A stretch of 64,000 bases of DNA from contig OX597835.1 in NCBI GenBank assembly GCA_951406725.2, forward strand, positions 23,126,001-23,190,000. Direction: 5' to 3'. Positions 54,172-64,000 of this stretch are shown one piece after another. This DNA is from Octopus vulgaris (Eukaryota). The translations under genes were made by a program, and so were the position numbers. The notes under the pieces are model-generated. The model had not been told where the DNA came from and did not search any database. It saw only the letters and a list, made by a program, of their open reading frames with translations. Position 1 is the stretch's first letter; each line of letters opens with the position of its first letter.

Positions 54172-54530
54172 AGGTGCAGGAGTGGCTGTGTGGTAAGTAG
54201 CTTGCTTACCAACCACATGGTTCCAGGTTCAGCCCACTGCATGGCACCATGGGCAAGTGTCTTCATTATAGCCTTGGGCTGACCAAAGCCTTGTGAGTGG
54301 ATTTGGTAGATGGAAACTGAAAGAAGCCCATCGTATTTATATATGTATGTGGGTGTCTGTGTTTCTCCCTCACACCATCGCTTGACAACTGATGCTGGTG
54401 TGTTGACGTCCCCGTAATTTAGCGGTTCGGCAAAAGGGACCGATAGAATAAGTACTAAACTTACAAAAAATAAGTCCTGGACAGTGCTCCAGCATGGCTG
54501 CAGTCAAATGACTGGAACAAATAAAAGAGT
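54172..54530 (+). mobile_element. CORE-type SINE
   Basis: Family match. Confidence 0.85.
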
Positions 54531-54688
54531 GTGTGTGTGTGTATAGATAGAGAGAGAGAGAGAGAGAAGGGGGGATAGAGACTAGATTCCAATTGCATAA
54601 GACTATATATTACACCCCTAGGTATTGGTTTACTATGTGGTTTGTTGCCTGATATCCACTAAAGGACCTTTTTTGTGAGTACTATAAG

Positions 54689-54740
<52 letters not shown>

Positions 54741-55057
54741 TATATGCATACATATACATACATACATATATATATACATACATACATATACATGTGTGTA
54801 TTTAATTGATTAATGAAAGAGACGGAAGATGGAAGATACAAGAACGTTTATTGATCACTACAATTGTTTTGATCCATCCAGCATCAATCCCTCATGGGTG
54901 GATACTGAACAACTGGGTCAAAACAATTGCAGCAATCGATAAACGTCCTCATATCTTCTTCCTTCTGTCTCTCTCAATAATCAGATATCCAACAAACACT
55001 GAAAGTGAACCTGCTTTACTAGTAAGCTACCAGGTGTATACAATATGATTTATTATC

Positions 55058-55094
<37 letters not shown>

Positions 55095-55214
55095 TTATTT
55101 TATATGTGTGTGTATATATATATATATATTCTTATTTTCATATATATATTGATAGAAATGGTAAGACAACAAAAGAATGAAAGAGACCTCAATATTATGT
55201 AAATAGAGGAATTT

Positions 55215-55288
55215 ATCTGTAAATGTAATATGTGACAATTATTCGGTAGCCATGGCTACCGAATAATTGTCACATATTACATTTACAG

Positions 55289-55290
<2 letters not shown>
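55215..55290. repeat. Perfect 76-bp spacerless palindrome
   Basis: atctgtaaatgtaatatgtgacaattattcggtagcca|tggctaccgaataattgtcacatattacatttacagat. Confidence 0.97.
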
Positions 55291-55331
<41 letters not shown>

Positions 55332-55339
55332 ATATCTTT

Positions 55340-55713
55340 CTCTCTTTTACTTGTTTCAGTCATTTGACTGCGGCCATGCTGGAGCACCGCCTTTAGTCGA
55401 GCAAATCGACCTCGGGACTTATTCTTTGTAAGCCCAGTACTTATTCTATCAGTCTCTTTTGCCGAACCGCTAAGTGACGGGGACGTAAACACACCAGCAT
55501 CGGTTGTCAAGCAATGCTAGGGGGACAAACACAAACACACAAACATATATGTACATATATACGACAGGCTTCTTTCAGTTTCCGTCTACCAAATTCACTC
55601 ACAAGGCATTGGTCGGTCCGAGGCTATAGCAGAAGACACTTGCCCAAGATGCCACGCAGTGGGACTGAACCTGGAACCATGTGGTTGGTAAGCAAGCTAC
55701 TTACCACACAGCC
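55340..55713 (-). mobile_element. CORE-type SINE
   Basis: Family match. Confidence 0.9.
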
Positions 55714-56019
55714 AATATATTATATATTCTTATTTTATTTTATTATTTTTATTTCTTTTTTTATATTTTATCAGTTTCAGCTGAGAGATTTGAATGATGT
55801 GGTTGCTCACTTTTAGAATAACATTGTATGGTAGGTGGGAGAGGCTGGATGTGGCCAGTATGAACATAAAACAGAATATTGTAGCTGAATATGATCGGAT
55901 TAGATGCTGAAGGATTAAATTATGGGGATGATGATGACATCTTTCATATGCATCATAGAGCTGTACCAGAGTCTTCTCTCTTGTACACTACAGCTGATTT
56001 ACACTTGTATATTATTTTA

Positions 56020-56178
56020 TACTCTTTTACTTGTTTCAGTCATTTGACTGTGGCCATGCTGGAGCACCGCCTTATTCTTTGTAAGCCTAGTACTTATTCT
56101 ATGGGTCTCTTTTGCCGAACTGCTAAGTTACGGGGACGTAAACACATCACCATTGGTTGTCAAGCGATGTTGGGGGGG

Positions 56179-56219
<41 letters not shown>

Positions 56220-56393
56220 CACATATACACGACAGGCTTCTTTCAGTTTCTGTCTACCAAATCCACTCACAAGGCTTTGGTCGGCCCGAGGCTATAGTAG
56301 AAGACACTTGCCCAAGGTGCCACGCAGTGGGACTGAACCCGGAACCATGTGGTTGGTAAACAAGCTACTTACCACACAGCCACTCCTGCACCT
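56020..56393 (-). mobile_element. CORE-type SINE
   Basis: Family match with a small internal deletion. Confidence 0.88.
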
Positions 56394-56461
56394 AGGTCGA
56401 TAGTTTATGATGTCAAGCTGAAATCTTAAGCCTTCACTCTTAAGAATCCTCATAACAAAAT

Positions 56462-56499
<38 letters not shown>

Positions 56500-56795
56500 A
56501 GGGCACGCACACACACACACACATATTTGAAGCCAAGTGAAATTATAGTCATGGTCGTTGTCAGTTTCATGTAAATGACACCTGTGCTGGTGGCACATGA
56601 AAAGCACTCACCACACCCTTAGATGGTTGGGGATCAGGAAGGGCATCCAGGCATAGAAACCATGCTGAATGAGATTGGAACCTGGTGCAGCCCTCCGGCT
56701 TACCAGTTCCAGTCAAACAGTCTAACCCATGCCGGCATGGAAAGTGGATGTTAAATGATGAAGATAATAATGATAATATATGCATGAATCTGTGC

Positions 56796-56851
<56 letters not shown>

Positions 56852-56904
56852 ACAGTCAAACGTTCCAAATAGATTGGTGTCAGTCTTGATCAGCAAAACT
56901 TGTT

Positions 56905-57121
56905 ATTACTCTTTACTCTTTTACTTGTTTCGGTCAGTTGACTGCGGCCATGCTGGAGCACCGCCTTTAATCGAGCAACACGACCCTGGGACTTATTCTT
57001 TGTAAGCCCAGTACTTATTCTATCGGTCTCTTTTGCCGAACCGTTAAGTGACGGGAACATAAACACGCCAGCATCAGTTCTCAAGCGATGTTGGATGGGA
57101 CAAACAAAGACACACAAACAA

Positions 57122-57173
<52 letters not shown>

Positions 57174-57333
57174 CGGGCTTCTTTCAGTTTCCGTCTACCA
57201 AATCCACTTACAAGGCTTTGGTCGGCCCGAGGCTACAGTAGAAGACACTTGCCCAAGGTGCCACGCAGTGGGACTGAACCCGGAACCATGTGGTTGGTAA
57301 ACAAGCTACTTACCACACAGCCACTCCTGCGCC
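56905..57333 (-). mobile_element. CORE-type SINE
   Basis: Family match. Confidence 0.9.
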
Positions 57334-57869
57334 TTGTAAAAATCAACAAAAACCGTGAGCTTGTCATGGAAAGTGGAAAATCCATTGTTTCAAAACAGAG
57401 TCCTCATTCAGAGAAAAGTTGACAGGAAAGAAATTAAATGTCCTTTGAGGACAACTATCTGAAATGTTGGATTTTCCACCTCCTACACTTACCTCACTGT
57501 TCTCATTTTGTCAATTTTACAACCTTGTGCTGGTGGCACGTAAAAAGCACCCACTACACTCACAGAGTGCTTGGTGTTAGGAAGGGCATCAAGCTGTAGA
57601 AACACTGCCAGAACAGACTGGAGCCTGGTGCAGCCTCCTGGTTTGCTAGACCCCGGTCGGACCATCCAACCCATGCTAGCATGGAAAACAGACGTTAAAC
57701 AATGATGATGATGATATGCTTGACCACTAGTTTATTCTTTATTCTCTCTCTGCTTATTTTCTCATTCCTTTCTATTGAAGAGCTTGGCTCAATACGTAAA
57801 ATCCTTTATCATTTTCCCCAACCATCAGACTAATATACCTGTTGTTCATAACACACACACAAAGGTTAC

Positions 57870-59335
57870 ACATAAGATAGGAATAATTACAGAGGTATCA
57901 AATTGTTGGATCAGGTAATGAAAGTCAGAGAGAGAGTCATAGCCCAACTTAGGGCAACAGTTAGTTTAGATGAGTTTGGGTTTGTGTCATGTAAAAGCAC
58001 CACTGATGCTATATTTCTGGTAACACAGCTGTAGGAGAAATTCCTAGCCAAAGATAAACCTTTCTACTTGGCTTTTGTTGACACGGAGAAAGCCTTTAAT
58101 AGGGTCGCCAAGCCCTTATCTGGTGGTCAATGCAGAAACTAGGGATGAGTGGTTAGTAACAGCTGTACAAGCCAAGTACAGGGATGCTGTCAGTAAGGTG
58201 AGGGCTGGCAACAAGTATAGTGAAACATTCCAGGTAAGAGTAGGGGTCTATCAAGGATCAGTCCTCAGCCCCCTCTTATTCATCATAGTCCTCCAAGCAA
58301 TAACAATGGAATTCAAGACAGGATGCTCCTGGGAGCTCCTCTATGCTGATGACCTTGTTCTAATAGCTATGTTACTACCAGAACTAGAGGATAAGTTTCA
58401 GGTGTGGAAGCAAGGTCCAGAATGGAAGGGTCTTAGAATCAATCTAGCAAAATCCAAAGTCTTAGTAAGTAGGAAGGCAGACAAATTACAAATCCCTTCA
58501 GGAAGATGGCCCTACTCAATATGTAGGAAAGGCATAGGTAGAAACTCTATAAGATGTATCCGGTGTAGGCTACAGACACGTAAGAGGTGCAGCAATATCA
58601 AAGGACGGTTAACTGGGATGATAGTTTTTGTGTGCAGCAGATGCACAGGAGTAATAAACACAGTAAATGTGCAGAAAACTGATTCCATCACATGCCAGGG
58701 GGAAAACTTGAAGTAGTTGATAGCTTCCAGTACTTAGATGACCAAGTCAGTAGTGGAAGTGGAGACTGAGAGTGTAGCTGTTAGAATACGAATAGCCAGG
58801 GCAAAGTTCAGAAAGATCCTACCTCTGTTAGTAACAAAGGGCCTTTCACTCAGAGTGAAAGGTAGACTGTATGTGTGCAAACAGCCATGCTACACAGCAG
58901 TGAAACATGGGCTGTGACTGCTCAGAACATACGTAGGCTTGAAAGAAACGAAACTAGTATGGTCTTTTGGATGTGTAATGTCAGTGTGCATACACAATAG
59001 AGTGCAAGTGGCCTGAGAGAAAAGTTGGACATAAGAAGCATCAGGTGTGGTATGCAAGAGAGACAATTGTGCTGGGATCGTCATGTGTTTCGTATGGATG
59101 AGGACAGCTGTGTGAAGAAGTTCCACACCCTGACAGTGGGGGGGAACTTGTAAGTGGTAGACCCAGGAAGACCTGGGATGAGGTGGTGAAGCACGACCTT
59201 CGAACATTGGGCCTCACAGAGGCAATAACAAGCAACCGAGACCTTTGGAGATATGCTGCACTTGAGAAGACCCAGCAAGCCAAGTGAAATTGTAACTGTG
59301 GCTTGTGCCAGTGTCACATAACCGGTCCATTTAGG
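57870..59335 (+). mobile_element. 5'-truncated RTE-clade LINE (RT domain, Cys-rich insert, C-terminus), disrupted
   Basis: NYRGIKLLDQVMKV, STTDAIFLV, GVYQGSVLSPLLF, LLYADDLVL; stops and frameshifts. Confidence 0.92.
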
Positions 59336-59579
59336 AGTTTCCTTCAACTGTTGGGCAACGTGCTGTGCATGAGAAGACATCATCATCATCATCGCTTAGC
59401 GTCCGTTTTCATCATCATCATCATCATCGCTTAGCGTCCGTTTTCCATGCTAGCATGGGTTGGACGGGTCTACTGGGGTCTGTGAAGCCAGAAGGCTTCA
59501 TCAGGCCCAGTCAAATCTGGCAGTGTTTCTACGGCTGGATGCCCTTCCTAACGCCAGTGTATATATATATATATATATA

Positions 59580-60093
59580 TATTGTTGTGACCCCCTTTGT
59601 TCATGAATGACCATGGGATTGCACCTAGAAAGTTACCCTCTGAGGCACAAGTCTGGGCAAGGTTGTTTATGGAAGGCCAGCAGTCTCCCACGTATACCAG
59701 CCTCCCCTCTCCACGCTACCGATGTTATCCAAGAGAAAGGCAAAGGCCAATACAGCTTGGCACCAGTGACGTCGCAGCTCATTTTTATTGTGCAAGTGGC
59801 TGAGCACTCCACAGACATGTGTACCCTTAACGTAGTTCTTGGGGAGATTCAGCGTGACACAGAGTGTGACAAGGCCGGCCCTTTGAAATACAGGTACAAC
59901 AGGAACAAGAAGAAAGAGTGAGAGAAAGCTGTGGTGAAAGAGTACAGCAGAGTTCACCACCACCCCTTGCCGGAGCCTCGTGGAGCTTTAGATGTATTGC
60001 TCAATAAACACTCACAATGCCTGGTCTGGGAATAGAAATCATGATCCTATGACTGCGAGTCTGCTGCCCTAACCACTGGGCCATTGCGCCTCC
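59580..60093 (-). mobile_element. tRNA-derived SINE (ggaggcgcaatggcccagtggttagggc head), long-tail variant
   Basis: A-box tggcccagtgg and B-box-like segment; body shared with 61122-61510. Confidence 0.85.
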
Positions 60094-60479
60094 ACATATA
60101 TATACATGCATTTATATGCATACACACATGCATGTGTGTTTGTCATGACATTTTGCATCATTCATTTCCAATATTGTGCAGGAACATGTCTGGCCATGAG
60201 AAATTATTACCTTTGACCATGGAAAACCCATCAAGCATGGAAAAGTGGAAATTAGATTTATAATGAGAGTGCTCCACTTATTGCATGTCTTCTACTGACC
60301 TTATGAACAGAGTTTTTTTGTTTTCTTTCAATTTAATAGGAATACCACAAAGACGAGTGGTTGGTTAGTTAGTTCAAGTCTGGCATCTTCAGCAAACATG
60401 TATAATAGCCTTGGAATGACTAATGCACACAAGTGAAATTGGGCAACGAAAACTGCATGAACATGTGCACATGTATGCA

Positions 60480-60510
<31 letters not shown>

Positions 60511-61121
60511 ATATGTAGGAACATATATGTTTGTATGCATTTTTCCCTACACTTTTTCTTCATGTACTCTAACATAGAGATGTGACAAAACGGTTACTGA
60601 AACAAGTCTCCATTTTAAGTGTAAATAATGGAATCGACATGGTCAACTAAAAACTCTTCAGGGTGGTGCTTCGGCAAGGCTACGGTCCAGGGACAGCAAT
60701 AATCTAAAGAGCAAAGAGCAGTTACAACAATATCTTACAATAACCTTGAATCAAGAATAAAAATAGAAATAAAATTCATTCTAGAAGTTGTGTCATATGA
60801 TCAACTACAGATTTCACATATTAAGTACTACCTGTGGATTACTGAATAAAAGGTTGGCTTAGAAATTGTTATGATATTCAGAAAAAGAGAATAAAATACT
60901 CTCCAAAATATAAAACTAAAATATTCATTTCAAAGCTTGGCACAAGGCCAGCAATTTCAGGGAAGGGGGCAAGTCGATTGCATCGACCCCTGAGTTCACC
61001 TGGTGCTTAATTTTATCGATTCCAAAAGAATGAAAGACAAAGCCAACATTGGTGGAGGATGTGAGGATGGATGAAATGCCAAAAACATCTTGCCTGGTAT
61101 GCAAACAATTTTGTAAACTCA

Positions 61122-61510
61122 TGGATGGAAGCACTCCGTCGGTTACGACGACGAGGGTTCCGGTTGATCTGAATCAACGGAACAGCCTGCTCGTGAAATT
61201 AACGTGTAAGTGGCTGAGCACTCCACAGACATGTGTACCCTTAACGTAGTTCTCGGGGATATTCAGCGTGACACAGAGAGTGACAAGGCCGGCCCTTTGA
61301 AATACAGATACAACAGAAACAGGAAGTAAGAGTGAGAGAAAGTTGTGGTGAAAGAGTACAGCAGGGATCACCACCATCCCCTGTCGGAGCCTCGTGGAGC
61401 TTTAGGTGTTTTCACTCAATAAACACTCACAACGCCCGGTCTGGGAATCGAAACCGCGATCTTATGACCGTGAGTCCGCTGCCCTAACCACTGGGCCATT
61501 GCACCTCCAC
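61122..61510 (-). mobile_element. tRNA-derived SINE, short-tail variant, with 12-bp TSD
   Basis: TSD tttgtaaactca at 61110-61121 and 61511-61522; B-box-like ggtttcgattccc. Confidence 0.9.
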
Positions 61511-61668
61511 TTTGTAAACTCAATACCTTAATAAAATGAAAATATTAATTTTAAAAATTGCATGAAATCACGTTTGAGAAGAAAAACAATCAATCATGAG
61601 AATATTGCATTTGTAAAAACAAAAATCACAATAAAAATAGTTTTAAAAAAAATTAAACAAAGACACAC

Positions 61669-62629
61669 CTTTAGTGTAAGCTTGATCATCTTGCGAAGTT
61701 CCAATAGGGTACACTAAGTTTTCAGATTGAGATGGCAAACCAGACACATTTGGGTTAACAGAATGAACATAGGTGTTCTTAGTTGGTCTGTAGTGTAAGG
61801 CTGTTTTACTGTTTATTGCAATAGGATGTTGGTGTTGAGAAACGCTAGGTGCATAACCATGCATGTTAGCAAATTGATATTTGAAAGGAGACTCAGCTAA
61901 CTGGTGATAATCTAATTGCTGAGAAATTTGAGTCGATGGGGAGTGCTTGGAGTTAACGTACTGTCCAACCAGACGTGGACTGTGGTTTCCAGTAACAGAC
62001 TGCGGAGAATAGGGACTTGGTGGCTGCGATCCATGCAGAGACGGCTGAGGCGAGTGCAAAGTACTAGTTACTGGATGCAGCATGCTAACTTGGTGATCAT
62101 ATTCAAGTAATTGGCCTTTGTTCATATTTGGGTGGGCCTCGATATAAATATTAGCATGAGTAGAATGCTGAGAACTGGAAGCAACAGGAGTGGACATAAC
62201 TAGTGGGTCAGCGTTCTTTTGTAGAGTTGGCCAGTGTAGTTTATCATTATGTGGACTGCTAGAATAGTTACAATACATTTGTGGCATGCTGTATTTATAA
62301 CTGTTCAGATCTACATCAGAAGTCTGAATGTGCTGAACAGAAATCTGTCGTTGGGGAGTGGTCGATGTTTTGCAGGTAATATGTGGAATCATACTGGAAT
62401 TTGGAACATGCTTATATTGATCGAAATCAACAATTTGATTTGAGTTTAGTTCTGGTGAATGTGAAGTAACAGCGCTATTTTTATTATATTTGGATGTCAC
62501 CGATGCTTGTGAGACATCAGTATTTTTAATTTCCAAATTCAATTTCTGCATGCTATTATTCACAGAGCTGATAGTATTAAGAGGGTTCTTATTCAACTCT
62601 TCCAGGCATTTATCCTTGTCATTGTTGAA
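61669..62629 (-). CDS. TAB2: TAB2/TAB3-like gene, large internal coding exon (end of CUE domain, Ser/Pro/His/Gln-rich linker, start of coiled coil)
   Basis: Acceptor tttcag|TTC AAC AAT GAC AAG GAT AAA TGC (FNNDKDKCLEEL, like the CUE end of vertebrate TAB2); open frame (ORF 61643-62596); ends QDDQAYTK-G|gtgtgt in phase 1, matching vertebrate DAAYTQALL. Confidence 0.9.
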
Positions 62630-63299
62630 CTGAAATATAAAAGAGAAAAGAATTAAGTTCTATATTGATGTGTGTGTGTGTGTGTTGTATACATAAGTAA
62701 GTTTTAATACAGAATACCAACCTGCTCATAACTATGGATATCAAAGCGTGACAAAGAGAAAAGTTGTGACGGTCTATATGTCAGCAAAAAACTCACTCAA
62801 AGAAATACTTTTGCTATGAGGAAGTCAAATAGTTTGGAGTAGACTCCTTTGGAGAAAGATGAAATGTTTATTGATGATGCTGAATAAATCGAAGTAATAG
62901 AATGAAATAGTGCTATACGTGAATACCAGTGACTAGGGAATTTTAAGAACATTGTAATAAGCAAGCAAAATATGTATATGTATTACATGCATCTTTTTCT
63001 TCACTTCTTAATTTCAAATTCAGACTTTTAATCCCACCCAATATTATGAAGAAATTGCTATCTCCCTGTCTGCTGGGAACACCACATATCTGAATAGTGA
63101 TTGTAACATCTATAATCATTTCATCTCTTTCACGAATAGTTCTGATTGAAACATTACAAATAGCTTCTTCCTCTAGAAAAAAAGTATGTGTATCATAATA
63201 ATAATAATAATATTGCCACTGTCTAACCCTCTTGCCCATCAGTCACTGAGTTAACCTTCTTAACCCCTTACCTATTATGTTTAAGACAGTAATCTGGGA

Positions 63300-63815
63300 T
63301 GTAGCCAGTCAACTTATGAATACCTTTCCTTCTTGGGACACAAAACTCCATTTGTGAAGACCTGTTGAGGCAAGTGGAAATCAGAACCAAAATCGAAGTC
63401 GATCAACATCAATGGAAACTGCAGCTGTGATGCCGGTGGCACATAAGTGAACCATCCGATCGTGACCGTTGCCAGCGCCGCCCTGACTGGCCTCCGTGCC
63501 GGTGGCATGTAAAAAGCACCATCTGATCGTGGCCATTGCCAGCCTCGCCTGGCCTGGCCCCTATGCCGGTGGCACGTAAAAAGCACCATCCAACCGTGGC
63601 CGTTTGCCAGCCCCGTCTGGCACCTGTGCCGGTGGCACGTAAAAAGCACCCACTACACTCACAGAGTGGTTGGCGTTAGGAAGGGCATCCAGCCGTAGAA
63701 ACATTGACAGATCAGACTGGGCTTGGTGCAGCCTTCTGGCTTCCCAGACCCCAGTTGAACCCTCCAACCCATGCTAGCATGGAAAGCAGACGCTAAATGA
63801 TGATGATGATGATGA
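63300..63815 (+). mobile_element. RTE-tail-related element with internal tandem units and (GAT)n tail
   Basis: Homologous to 52965-53380; short copies at about 9730-9925, 33560-33760 (-), 49085-49250, 49805-49990, 56530-56765, 57525-57715 and 59380-59555 (-). Confidence 0.8.
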
Positions 63816-64000
63816 ACACTATGTCCAATATACATTACTTATTTAAGCATTTACAACTCCATAACTAGCTATGACTTTCCTTCTGTTTCTAACCTTGATG
63901 TTACAGGGGCTAGACAGAACTAACAAACCCATCTCTCCATTTTACTTATACGTATGTATGCATATATACACACACACACACACATATATATATACATACA

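Noticed and set aside
57486-57530. Consensus donor AG|gtaagt on the minus strand in the TAB2 intron
   Set aside because: Upstream sequence is an RTE-tail repeat, and the reading frame is already complete without it.
57765-57802. Hammerhead-like remnant ttgaagagcttggctcaatacgta
   Set aside because: Lacks intact CUGANGA and GAAA boxes; at most a dead repeat.
61440-61510. tRNA-like sequence
   Set aside because: It is the head of a SINE with body, tail and TSD, not a tRNA gene.
62943-63239. 98-aa minus-strand ORF as the missing first TAB2 exon
   Set aside because: No CUE signature (xFP motif) and no convincing phase-0 donor.

Overview
AT-rich, repeat-dense animal genomic DNA. The repeat content (tRNA-derived CORE-type SINEs, RTE LINE pieces with (GAT)n tails, long (TA)n/(CA)n/(AAT)n tracts) points to an octopus genome; this is inference from recalled repeat families. 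One host gene is clear: a minus-strand TAB2/TAB3 orthologue (TAK1-binding adaptor). Its five coding exons (62629-61669, 48280-48147, 37332-37257, 31794-31705, 30838-30606) splice with canonical AG/GT sites into 1494 nt in frame: end of the CUE domain, Ser/Pro/His/Gln-rich linker, coiled coil, NZF ubiquitin-binding finger. The first coding exon was not found and probably lies beyond 64000. The rest is mobile DNA: several SINE families, RTE, CR1 and R4/Dong LINE fragments, a dead mariner, and piggyBac- and hAT-like MITEs. The most notable item is an intact type I hammerhead ribozyme (35504-35546, minus strand, sense to the TAB2 intron). It sits at the tip of a long hairpin inside a ~450-bp non-coding element with 70-bp inverted repeats and a 17-bp target-site duplication, probably Penelope-derived. 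Several related palindromic relics occur elsewhere. There are also candidate alternative terminal exons that would replace an unusual His/Cys-rich tail after the NZF finger.
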